Position numbers and translations under genes: made by a program. Of a stretch of 64,000 nucleotides of DNA, positions 14,901-27,151 are shown piece after piece. The first letter of the stretch is position 1; each line of letters starts with the position of its first letter. The DNA lies in the NCBI GenBank assembly GCA_001244265.2, contig CDLV01000010.1:372001-436000 (forward strand), written 5' to 3'. The DNA comes from Microbotryum violaceum. Lineage: Eukaryota. The notes below the pieces were generated by a model that was not told where the DNA came from, ran no database searches, and saw nothing but the letters and a program-made list of their open reading frames with translations.

Positions 14901-16382
14901 AAGACTGCAACGTCTTTGACCAAGATATCGAGCGCTGAAGCCGATTCTACTGCCCCCAGAACGTCCTGCGTCTGTTCCAGCAGCATTAGCATTCCGAGCC
15001 TGATTCCATCGCACACTTGAGTCGGATTCCGATCGATCATCGCCCCCTAATTTCTCTCACTTGGGACGGTCTCAAGTTCTCGGTCTTTCGAGCTAGCACA
15101 CAACCTGGAGGAGCCTGTCAGCAATTCGATCCAAGGCACCTACACCGTAAGCCCAACCTCTTCCACCAGAGGCGTGTTGAGCTCCTGTGAACCCTGCCTG
15201 GAATTTTCAGATGTTCCTCGCAAAGGTTTTTCGTCGGCGCGTCATGCCTAAACGAACATTTTGGAGCCTGATTAACTGATTCCACTCTTCTCCCTATCTC
15301 TGCAGATCTCGATTTTGGCCTCCTCACGTCGGCTTTTATCTTCTTCGAAGTGTGTGCGTGATTCCGACTTTGTGCTCAAGAGTTCACTTTGAAAGCTCTA
15401 CGCGCGGCCTAGCAGCGGCCGAGCGAACGGACAAGCTCTGCGAGGCCATCGGCTCGACGACGCGGTCCCCCCCTTGATCTTTTCTCGCGTCAAGCAACGC
15501 TACGAATGACAAAAGTCAACGTAAGTGGTGCAGTCGATACATTTAATGTACTCCGAGCTTCGACTGACATTCTGTGACTTCTTTTATTCCCAAACTTACC
15601 CAACATCACAATAATGTATCCGACTGTTCTCTGCATGCCATTTGTTGGACCCGACGCGCCCGCCCGCACACCGTGAATGGGACCAATGCTGGACCACGAT
15701 CTGATCTGGGATCGGCGACGCGTGCAACTCTACAATTGCACATTTCGTGGTGTGCCCGGCCCGCGCACGCCCGTCGCCTCCGTCGCCCACACCCGCGCTG
15801 ACCCTTTCGCGCGGCCGCGTTGACATTTGTGCTCTCTGTGCCGGCGGATCTCGAAACACCTCCCGATCACCCACATATTTCTGGTGCTGCGATCCGCCGG
15901 CGCCAACTTCCTTCTCGCGTCTACCTCGCCTATCTTCTACCCCTTCCATCCGTCCCATCCATCTCTCCACCTTTTCCGTGTCGTCGCATCTTATTCTCCA
16001 ACGCGACTGTATTTTCTCTCCCATCGCATCGCTGGTTGGGTTGCTGTTCCAACCTCGCCATTTCTCGTCGTCTACGCAACGCGCTGCTCCTTGACGAAAC
16101 CCACATCGCGCGATCACCGCTCCGTCGATCACTCGCATATCCGCAATTCATCTTCTTCTCTCGGCTGGACCGATACAACATCACACCTATTGCTTTTCGG
16201 TCCTCCCATTCGCTCCGAACTTTTAAATCCCGCCCGCCTTCACCAACCTGGCGACCTTCGGAATTTGCCTCGTGTCTCCAACCCATTTTACCGGCGTTCC
16301 ATCTGCCTTTGGCATCATTCCTCGCCTACGTTAGCTCCGCCGCCGTTCGAACCGCCTGCGTGCTCGCACCCACTCGCCGAAC

Positions 16383-18303
16383 ATGAAGATCACATCCAAC
16401 GCAACAACCTTTCCTTCGACAAAAGCCGCCTTCTACAACAAGAAGCGATCCCCATCCGCGGCATCGTCTTCGTCGTCGTCCTCGACGTGCTCATCGGCAT
16501 CGTCATCCGGCGGCTCGAGCAAGCGACGCGACTCGCCCCTGCGCGACTCGATCAAGCGCACTATGCCGGAGCTCATGTCCGCACAGATGCAACGACAGCA
16601 GGCGATTCCGCGGTCACTCGCAGAGCAAGAAATGCAAAGCTTGCTCGAACTCGAGTACCGCGACGATGTGCGATCCTACATGCACGAGATGCAGGTCAGT
16701 GCGAAAATCCTTCCGGCGCGCGCCCGACCAGGCACGGGCTGGGCTCCGCCGCCATCTCTCGGGACGCGAAGATACTGATAATTGCCAATCCTCTTCACAC
16801 GTATCTTTTCCTCCCCTCTGCCTTACTCACATTCCCTTTTCGTGCAAAACAGGCGAAGACAATACCATCGGTCGAACTGATTGAGCAGCAGCCTGAGCTC
16901 CAGTGGTACATGCGTCCTTACCTCGTCGATTTTCTGATCGAGATCCACCTTCAACACCGATTACGACCCGAGACACTCTACCTCGCGGTCAATATCGTCG
17001 ATCGCTACGTCTCGAAACGTATCGTGTTCAAAAAGCACTACCAGCTTGTCGGATGCGCCGCTTTGTGGATCGCCGCCAAGTTCGAAGATGCCAAGGACCG
17101 AGTGCCTACCGTGCCCGAGCTGTGCCAGATGTGCGTCGGCGCCTACGACGAGTCGGCTTTCATCCAAATGGAGGGGCACGTTTTGACGACAATAAACTGG
17201 GTCATCGGTCACCCGACGGCCGAGGCTTGGTTGCGACTGGCGTGTGTGACGGGCCCCCTCGAGAGCCAGCGCACGCAGCACGTCGCTCGCTACCTCATGG
17301 AGATCACGCTCTTCCATAAGGACTACATCCCCTTCAATCCCTCCGACATCGCCCTCGGGTCCCTTTTGCTTGCACGATACATGCTCGGACAAAGTCGACG
17401 CGTAAGTTTTTTCTTTTCTCGGGTGACGGAGCAAGCGCGACGCGTGGTCCCCTCCCCACCCGTGGTGCAGGGGCTCCATCACCCCGACGCGTCCCGCGCA
17501 TCCTGGCTGACCTTCGGCCCGCGTTATTTCGCTTCCCTACGACAGGTCTTTGACGAGTCCGAACGCGTCCTTCAAATTGCATCGATGCTCGACGAGTGCT
17601 TGTCCGTGCACATCAATACCGTTTCCGCCATCGTCTACAAGAAGGTGAGTTGCTGCGCCCCGGCATCGTGCCGCAGGCGCGCTTCGCACAAAACCAGGAG
17701 CTGACGTTCCCCATCCTCGTCGGTCGGTTGCAGTACTCGCACCAATTCTACTCCCGTGCTTCCATCTTTGTCAGCGAATGGTCTCTTTCCGGTCGTCGCT
17801 TCAACTACTACGAGTGGACCCACCCCGCCGCGACACCCTTGCGCAAGCACGTCGCCGGCTCCTCGGGCCGAATGTCATCCTCCCCCGCTGCACCTTCCTC
17901 CGAAATCCTCGTATCGTCATCACCCGCAAGATCAATGTGCGACACCGTCTCATCACGCAGTGGTGCCTCTTCCGACGACTCTTGCTTTGAGAGCGACTGC
18001 GAGCCTCTGACACCGCTCACGCCGCTGCCGCCTTACGAGCACCACTCGTCTGCGACCGAGCCCACTATTCTCTTCGCGCAACAACAAAGCTGGGCATCGC
18101 AGTCCATGCACCGTCAATCGCACGAACCCATCGGGAAGGAGAACTTGCCGAGACCGGCCAAGTCGCAGCAACCTCGAAGTCACGTCGCGTACCCGGCCGT
18201 CGTCCGGCCACCTTTGGCGCGCTCGTCTCGCGAGATGAACGCCGCGCCCGTCCTGCCGCCGGCTGTTCACCGTCATTCCCCTTGTCATCAATCTGTCGCA
18301 TGA
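16383..18303 (+). CDS. Cyclin, G1/S type (Puc1/Cln-like); introns 16695-16852, 17402-17545, 17645-17733
   Basis: Cyclin box IEQQPELQWYMRPYLVDFLIEIH...LYLAVNIVDRYVSKRIVFKKHYQLVGCAALWIAAKFED, then FIQMEGHVL. Ser/Pro-rich (PEST-like) tail. Confidence 0.92.
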
Positions 18304-18900
18304 TCACCTTCGCACACGACTCGCTCCTCACATCGGACTCTCCCAAATCCCTGCACTCTCGCAACGCTTCCTCCATCAGCATCCTATCATTCTTCATTCA
18401 CGCATTTCGCATCCTCCTTCAGTACTTATCCCGATGTCTTATCCTCGGTACAACATTTCTTCTCTCTCCACCTCTTGTGTTCATATATCTAGTTCTTCCT
18501 CTATACCTATTGCTCTTTGACGATCTTGATCCAGCCGGGAGGCCGCTGTCGCCCCGGTTAAAGTCGGAGACCTATCTTGCTTTCGCCTTTTCTCTGCTCA
18601 CTTCTCATTAGACTTTGTGTTTTAGGTGTGTACATTCATGTGTGTTTGTTTCTCCTTTGTCTGTCTAGAGGCCAGATAGTCTACCTCTCGCTCTCGTCTC
18701 TCTCCCTCTCCTTAGCAGTGCCATAGTTGAACTCGCGGCCACTGGGTCTTCATCAAGCAATCTCTTTGTTACATAGGCAATCGAACACTAGCAGTACTTG
18801 ACCACCACCGATTTCGAATCGCGAGAGAAGAAGAAGCCTTTGGCTCTGATGACCTAAACGCCCTCCAATCGAACGAAGACAGCGCAATGCTGGGATTACA

Positions 18901-20378
18901 CTATGCCTCCTCCGTCTCAGCCAACGCCCTCAGCACAAATTCCTCCGTCTGCGGCATCTTGAGTTTCCTCAAACCCGTTTCATCATCACCCGCAATCTCT
19001 TCCGCGGCCTTGTAAGCCTCGAGAATGATATCAGCGCTCAAAGGGATACAGTACTTGGCCATAAGCACAATCACAATCGCCGTCCTCGTGATCGCTCGAC
19101 GAATCCGATCCGAGATGTCGTCATTTTTGGAAGAGTACACCGTATGCGCCGATTCTTCACCGAATCCTGCGTTCTCGGATTGGTCGTTTTGGTGCTTGAG
19201 GTTGCGTGGTAGGGTTTTCGATATCCAGATGTAGCCGTTGAGACCGATGATGAGGTCGACGCCGTGGGGGAGGGAATGGAAGTGGGATTTGAGGCGGACG
19301 ATGAGTGAGGGCGGAACGACGACAAGCATGCCGTTCTTCAGCTATAGGTAACACAAGCAAGAATTCAGCTCGAATACTCTTCGAATGCGATGAGATCTTG
19401 CGTTCGGGACTGACCTTGCCGTATTTGAGGGATCGGGTATGCAGCGACATGGCTCCATCGGCGAAAAAGGCTTGCACTTCGGCGACGAGCAGATCACCCT
19501 CTTGAAAGAATGTTCGCATTTGTAGCTCGTCCGACTCGAGTTTACGACGCTAGCGATCGGGAACACGACAAAAGTGATATGCGATGGACAGCGAGCAGAA
19601 CGGAACGGATTAACCTCCTGTCCTCGGTCGACCCAGCTCGGGCTTTGGAAGACTGACCTGAACGCCTCCGGGCAGATTGATAGATGCGAGCATGAGCACC
19701 GCGTTCTGTGCGGCATTGGCTTCGACTTTCCACCTTCTCGGTCCAACCTGTTCAGATATTTGCCCGACCATCCGTCAGCAGCTATCCCAGCCGATCAAGA
19801 TCTTTCTCGTTCGCGAACACGGAGTTCGTACCTCTGCTATCCGCCCAATGACGAGATCGCCTACCTCGGGTCGGTATCTGAAGAACCCAAAGACACCCCC
19901 ATGGATCAGAAAGGAACATTGGTGATCGATGACTGCACAGGATGCCGCCAATGGCTGACTTTGTTCTCAGGGGTCGTACGGAAACGAGCTTGTTGACCCT
20001 CTCGAGTGTGCCTGCGACGGAGGCCAACACCTTGTCGTCCTGAACATAGGTTCCATGGCCCCTGGTGGAGCAAACACAGAGCCATCAATCAGTACCGCAG
20101 CCTCCTGGCCTCCCATGCGAGCCCTCCGAACGACGAGCAACTGACCTCATCCACCTCCCCGCTTCAGCAATCACCTCCCCCGGTCCCGTAACTTTCCCAC
20201 CACCCACCGTCCTAGCCCTCGAAGGTCCCGTCCCATCCCCATCATAGTCCATCTCGTCGTCGTCAATCAGAGCATCCTCGATCGTCGTTGAGCGCATGCG
20301 ATCGTCGTCATCGTCATGGTTCGTCGAGGTCGAAGCGTGGCCGTAGGAGGAGGTGCCTCCCGATACGATGCGGAACAT
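18901..20378 (-). CDS. RRP4: Exosome complex RNA-binding subunit Rrp4, multi-exon
   Basis: [64 protein letters not shown] and [14 protein letters not shown]. Confidence 0.95.
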
Positions 20379-20999
20379 CCCTTTTTGGAAGGGTAACGGA
20401 TTCCCGGAAAGTGCTTCTGGTGATGCTCACCTCGAGCTGCGACGCCGATGAGAAATAAGCCGAGATGGGCACGAATCTAAAGGAGGAACCTGCCTGCGAA
20501 AGCTCGATTAGATCTCCGTCGCTCGGCTTGGCGCGCACGGACCTTTCATCTCCCCCCATCGGATCATTCGCCTAGCTCGGCTCACGTGACAACCAAGTGT
20601 TGAGGTTCTAGCAAGTGGGAATATTACAATTGCACATAGAAAGGGGAAGAAAGAACGCGTGGGAGCCCCCAGGGGAAGGACAAGTTGTCCCAGATTAAGC
20701 CACCACCAGGTCACGAAATCCAGAAATCGGACCCAAGATGATAGTAGGTATCGAGAGAAGCACCGAGGCAAGTTAACAGACTAGCTAGGTTGTAATAGTG
20801 TCCCGAAGAATTAAGCACGTCACGCCTTGAGATCGGTAGGGGTAGTAGAGTCGGGTACAGAAAAGTGTTGCGAGTCGAAAGAATGCGCCGAAGGAAGTTT
20901 GGGTGAGCGGGTGGCAAAGTCCCAACAGAACTTGTGGATAGCTAGAGGGAGTACTAGTGAAATTCAAGGGCGAAAAGAAGGTCGGACAAGGCTGCATGT

Positions 21000-23164
21000 T
21001 CATTCCCCACCGGCTTGGGCTGCCGAGCTCGACGACTCCTCTTCTTGAATACTCGAAAAACCCGACTCGCCTCCAGGAACGTTGAATCCAAAGATGGGCG
21101 TCGGCTGTTGGATCTCACCGGGCAACGACAGGCGTCGACCAGGCTGCAGTGGACCGGGACCGGGAGCCAGGCCACCGTTTATGCCAAAGCCGAATCGAGT
21201 GGGTTGAAGCCCGAACGAGGGCGTGTGCTGGTTGTAGTAGGTCGGCGCGGTCACGGGTCGATGTGGCGAAGAGCCGTGGCTGTACAACAGGTCGGAACCA
21301 GCGGAGGCTGGTGCTGGCGGCAAAGGGAACGCCGCCGGACCGGTGCTGGCCCAGGGGTTGGACAAGATCGGTGGGGCGGGTGCTTCGTACATGCTCGGGG
21401 GCGGCGGCGGCAGCTGCAAGGTCGGCGCGGGTATACCGTAGATCGACGACGTGGACGGCGGGGGAAGATAGGGTGCAGGGGCGTTGTAGTGGTATTCACC
21501 AGCCGAGGTGACGGGTCGAACACGATCTTTCGACGGCACACCGTAGATCGATTTGGTTTGCGCCTGACTGGTCGCAGTCGTGGTCGAGGCAGCCGCCGTC
21601 GAGTTGTTGGCGCTACGACCATTGAGCGAGGCCTGCATCTTTTTGGTGTCCCTCCACGCTTTGCGCATCTCCTTGAACTCTGTAGGAGCAGAGAGGAGCC
21701 GACGGGCCGACGGGAGTGATCGAGGATGAGTCAGTTATCAGATAGGCTCGTGCGGAGGGCGCTAAGAGGCTCGGCCCGGATAGGGGAGAGCAGCACGCGA
21801 GGGTCTGGGCGCTCAAGCGGTAGGAGCGGCTAGGAGCGGCGAGATATGACGAGGGGAACCACAGACTTACGTGCAGGGGTACTTTTGGGTCCGTGCTTTT
21901 GCATCGTCTTGTGCGAGTTGAGATGGTTCAGGGTCCCGTACGATTTCTGGCAACCAGGGTAGTCGCAAGCGTAGAGGCGCTCGATCTCGTCGAATCGACG
22001 ACGAGGCCGCTTCGTGGTCTGGCCCGCAGCGGTGACGAAGTTGTACGCCTTGCTCGAGCTCCCCGATTGCCCTCTCGATTCCGAATTCGAGCCTTTACCC
22101 TGCGAAGGTGGGGAGAATTCCGAACCTCGTCGTAGGGTCTGGGCTTGTGCGTGGGATGAGCCAGGTCTCGAATCGGCGGTTGTGGGGCGAGAGTGCGAAA
22201 AGCCATCGTGGTCTTGGCTCGAAGGGTAGAAGCCGGCGTCACTTGCACGTGACGGGGGACCGTATTGAAAGATCGAGCTGCTCGACGGCGATCCATGCTC
22301 GTCGGGACCGCTGCTATACCTTTGATGCTCGCTGTGAGCGTGCCCCGCCTCGGACATCGAGAACGAGCGCGGATCGTGAGAAGATATGTGACCTCCATGC
22401 ATCGCCATGGGCAGCCCTGACGGTGAAATGCCCGAGTCGAGGCCCAACGAGAAGGGATAGGGCATGGACGAAGGGTAGAACGAACCCGAGTGGCCATGGT
22501 GAGGTGCGTAGGGGCCGCCTTGGAAGTAGGGTGCCGAAACCGACGAGGGCGCGGTCATGGGCCGCGTGTTGCGAATGTTGGCACCCGGGATATGCGGTGT
22601 GGGCTGACCCTGGAAGTGCACGGCATGGCCGAACGGTAGAGGTGGTGGTGGTGGTTGAGCCGTCGGAACGTGAGACAGATTCTGCGACAAGGGCGACTGA
22701 TCTCCTCGCTCATCGTGGTTGCCCCCGAGCGGAGACTGGCGCGCATGAGCGAGATATTGCGACTGGGCGGGCGAAGGGAGTCTGTGCGTTGGCGAAGGGA
22801 GGTGATGCCGAGGCGGCTGCGCCGAAATGCGGCGAGAGTTGGAGGAGGCCATCTGATCTCGATCCGATCCGGCCGAGGAGTCGCCGTCGTCCTGACGAGC
22901 GGCGGCGTTGGCGAGATGTTCGAACGCCGACGAGGCATGCTGGCGCGCGGCATTATTGGCCGCTGCTGCTGCCGACGATGACGCCGACGAGCCAGCAGGA
23001 TCGGTCAAGGGCGAGTACGAGCTCGAGGCGTAGGACGAAGCTGCGCCCGCCGAGTTGGGAGGACCGGACGAACTCGACGGACGAGCCTGAGTCTGAACTG
23101 AGCCCGGGCCACGGGAGAAAGCTGGGGAATCGAGCGCCGGCGCGGGATAGGAGAACTCGGTCAT
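21000..23164 (-). CDS. Con7-like C2H2 zinc-finger transcription factor; intron 21680-21870
   Basis: KRPRRRFDEIERLYACDYPGCQKSYGTLNHLNSHKTMQKHGPKSTPA|QFKEMRKAWR is the signature of the fungal Con7 family. Repeated RPxTA motifs. Confidence 0.88.
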
Positions 23165-26100
23165 GCCACAAAATCGCACTGGACACTGTACGATGCAGTT
23201 TTGAGGGGTCGGCGAACAACTTCGCTGCTTTCGAAGACCGAATGAGCTGAGAAGGACGACGGGCGCTTGATCGACGGTCGGCAATGCAAGCGCGGCAACG
23301 GCTCTGGGGCGGGGTCTCGATGAGGATGACGAAAGACAGAGAACGACAGAGACCGTCTGGCAAGCGCACAAAGCGGAGGCAGGCGCGGGTGGAAGAGATA
23401 AAGGCGAGCCTACAGACGACGAGTCCAAATCGAGTGTAGAGGTCGGGTCAGTCGTGGGCAGCAGGCAGGTAGCGATCAGAGGCAGCCAGGGATCGGGATG
23501 GGAATGGCACAAATGGGTGGTGGGGGATGAGCGAGGGAAGACGAGGGACGCTAGTACTATAAGTGTGAGCCGCACGCGAACGTCCTCTGGCGGAGGTCAG
23601 GGCGGCGAGATTTCGGAAATGACGCTAGTGGGGAGCGCCCCTCTGCGCTGCAGACTCGCGAGCGCGCGCGCCGAGCGTGGCGCTGGCGCCCGTGACCATG
23701 TCGCCCAGACCGGGCAGACCGGACAGGGCCCAACTCTGCAGGGCTTCGCGTGAGATTGCCAGGCCAGCGCACCCACACTGGTGCCAATGCTCTGACCACC
23801 GCCGAGTCTGCTCCATCGCTCTGAGCCCCGGTCGCTTGTCTAGGTGATCAATTCGGTGCTTACCTTGTAAGATATACCGTGGGCGCAACTTGGGTGTCGT
23901 CACAATGTCAGAAGACGAACCGGTTCAACCGGGTCCGTGAGGCGGGTGTGGACGGTCGTTCCCGCCGTCCCGGGCCCCCGGCGACGGAGTTCGCTGTAAT
24001 CGGCGTCGGTGCAGACGACCGCGGAGGCGACGAGGGGCGAGGTTTCATCTCGTTCTCACACCTGCAGCCGTGAAGCTGGGTTCGGGTTATAGCCTGCATT
24101 CAATGTCGCGTGCAATGTCGGACACCGCGAAAGAGGCAAAAAGCTCATGTCTTCATCGTCGATGCAGCTTTTTGTGGATCACGTGCCCATCAATTTATGG
24201 CTCTTCGACGTCATCCTCTCGCCGTCGCATGCGGTGATCTTTGGCTTCTCTTTACTCCCACAACTTTTGGCAATTTTCGAGTTTCAGTGGTGCATGCGCA
24301 TCTCGATACTCAAAACTACGAAACAGAAAGGAAACCGAAAGGGAACCACAAGGGAGGCGACAAAAGCGTTCACGAGGGAGGCTCACTGCAGATCTGGCTA
24401 CTAGTAGCTAGACAACGACGACTCGCTTGTCACACAGAACCGCTACAGAGCTCGAGAAACCGACCATCTGGAAAAAAATGAAAAAAAAGAAGGGGGGTCT
24501 TGTCGACCGAGGTGGGAAACGGCTTGAAGACCGTGTACACCACACACCCGTCTCCCGACGAGCGAAGCGCGACGAATGGATTGATGTAGTCGCTTGTCCG
24601 AGCCCGCTCAATACGGAGCAGCGACTCTCCACCGCCAGGCAATGATATGTCTGCGCTTATACCGTTCTCTCATCGTCGTCACCAGCGAATCTTCGGCATG
24701 CTCTTGTTGCTGCAAGTGCGAGCTTCGCACGTTAGGGTGCCATGGCTGATATGGCGCAGATGATGAAGCGCAACGAGAGAGCGGCAGCTGGTCCAAGCGG
24801 ATAGTGAAGATGGGGAGAAGTCGACGTTTTGCACGTCAAGTAGTCCGGTCAGGGAGTGGGAACCGAAAGGGGCTAAAGGAGAAGACGTGCCGGAAAGGAA
24901 CGCCTAAGGCAACGAGTCGCCGATGGACGCGCCGATAGTTTCGGTTCATCGCGTGACGTTTTCACGTGTCACCTCGCACGCGCACGGACCATCGGCCTCC
25001 AACCGGGAAAGCGGCAAGCTAGGGCAAGCTAGGTCAAGCTAGGTCGCCGCGCGATCGTTCGCAAGGTCTGCACAAACTCGACCTTGAGTCAAATCGCTTC
25101 GTATACTTGTTCAGGCTAGAGTTTATCAGAAAAATGGCCAGGTCGCTTCCTCTACGGAGACTCTGAAAGCCAGCTGACACGAAAAGCTAAAGTGAAACGT
25201 CAAGCTCCGAGTCGATCCTGTCGGTGGGCGGTTTGTCAATTGAACGAATCAACCATTTGCAGTTCGGACCGTTCAATCGGACCGTCAATCACACCGTTTA
25301 GTCAAGGTAGGTAGGTATCCACCACCTGGGTACCAGCGCTGTGTGATGAGACGGGGTCCTGTTGGACAGCTTGTGCTCTTTGGTGACAAGATCGAGTCAA
25401 CCCACGTGCCAGCCCGGTCCACTGCATCGAGGCTCAGATCTCAGACTCGATCCATTGACGCTCCCAACGACACATGGAAGAGCCTGAAACAAATCAGGAG
25501 GCTGTTACCATCATCATGTTATCCGAAAAACACGCAGCCGCCATGAAAACGAGACAGGAGGCTTTGTCGGGCTGGAACTTAAGTCTTGCGGTTTGAAATA
25601 TGCTCCAGCGAAAATGTCACATGGCGAGGTGCAACCCTCCCGCACGGAATTCATGTGGCTGCAATCCGCAACGGGGCCGTGTGGTTGAGCATCCGCAAAG
25701 CTCGATGTTATCCTGCTGAGATTCCTTGATGCAAGAAATTACAACATCAATTTGTGAGCAACTGCCAGGAATGACATTGTATTGAGCACGCCGATCATGC
25801 CATCGCGAAGGGCCGAAGCTCCGAAGCGCACTTGCGATCGAGTCCAAAACTTAAACTCGAATCTTCACCCCAAATGCCATGTTTTGGATACATTCCCTGG
25901 AAATTGCAAAGATTTTGTAGTGTCTTGCATCTCATAAGGAAGCGAGCAGGCAAACATCGGGCTTTGAAGATAGTCACCGTTTCGGAAAGTTGCAGCCACA
26001 CGAATTGCGATTGAGGGTTGCGCGTGTAAGCTGTAGCGTTGGGGCGGAGTGGGGGTTTTGTAGATTTGCATGTCCTAGCATGTTAAGGCCCATACCGCCC

Positions 26101-27151
26101 ATGCTTGCATTGGCGATATTTCATCCCACCGACACAACGCTCTCCGTCCCGGACTCTCATCGGGTTTGATCCCTCAAGTGTCGCGAGAACTGCTACAAAC
26201 CACTGTTGACTGTTTTAGTCGCTTCAGGGTGCTCCAAATCGTCTAAGTCCTCTAAAAGGTCCAAAGGAAAGAAAGACTATCCAAGGGTACTGTGACAAAT
26301 CTTTTCAAACGAGAGGAGTCCCACACTACTGGCCTCGCCAGTGTGCTTAACTGCATTCCCTCCGTCTTTTCCGAGGATTTTTAGGCATTAATATAGATAT
26401 GCTGTTAATGAAATCTATTAGATAAAAAAAAAAGAGAGCTTATCTCAGTTGTGGGCAAGGCCCGTGGGAGGGGCGCCTTATCAGCCTTCGCGTTCAGGCT
26501 GTGTGAAATCGTTTCACAGCCATGAAGCGACCGCGCGGGGGCCGCCCTTCGAGTGCACTAGTTTCAAACGGCGAGCCGTTGGCGGTTTTTTTTTGCCTCG
26601 GCTCTCCCTCTTGTCTTTCCCCGCCCGCCCACATGGTGCCTTTCGTCCAACGAGAAAGGTTTCCTTAGTGCGAGTTTTGAGCTTGGACCCGACACTGAAG
26701 ATTTGGTCCTAATTACGGATGATCTGATTGTCGCTCTAGCCCGATCGAGTTGGATGGATGGGACGTGCACCTTAGATCGTCCGCTTTTGTCGGCGGCTCG
26801 TATTTCTCCTCATCCGCTTGCTTGGCTTGAGATGGTGCAAAGAGTATGTATGTCCTTACACCTCATGTTGCCAGTGAGAATCTCGAACTGATTACAGCAA
26901 TAAGGAAAAGAATTACTACACGAGTTTTAAGGGAAAGTCTACAAGCACTGTTGACGTTCGAAGGGCCGAAGAAACATAGACGACACGTAGGGGCGAAAGA
27001 GGAGAGGACGATGTGAGGCAGAGTCACTGGAGATATCCTTGAGAAAAAGGGAAGGATGTAGGGGGGTTGAAGAGGGGAGAGGGGGGAAGGGGAAGAGAGC
27101 TGTTTCTGCACATAGCTTGCGCTTTAAGCACGAATCGGTCGAACCTGACGT

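Noticed and set aside
22108..23250. Long antisense or alternative-frame ORFs (e.g. 22108-23250 +, 59660-60481 -, 27124-27906 -, 8651-9313 +)
   Set aside because: Shadows of GC-rich coding sequence with no recognisable domains.
26520..26562. Possible Helitron 3' end (GC-rich stretch followed by CTAG-T)
   Set aside because: The hairpin is imperfect, and no 5' TC terminus or Rep/helicase sequence can be assigned.
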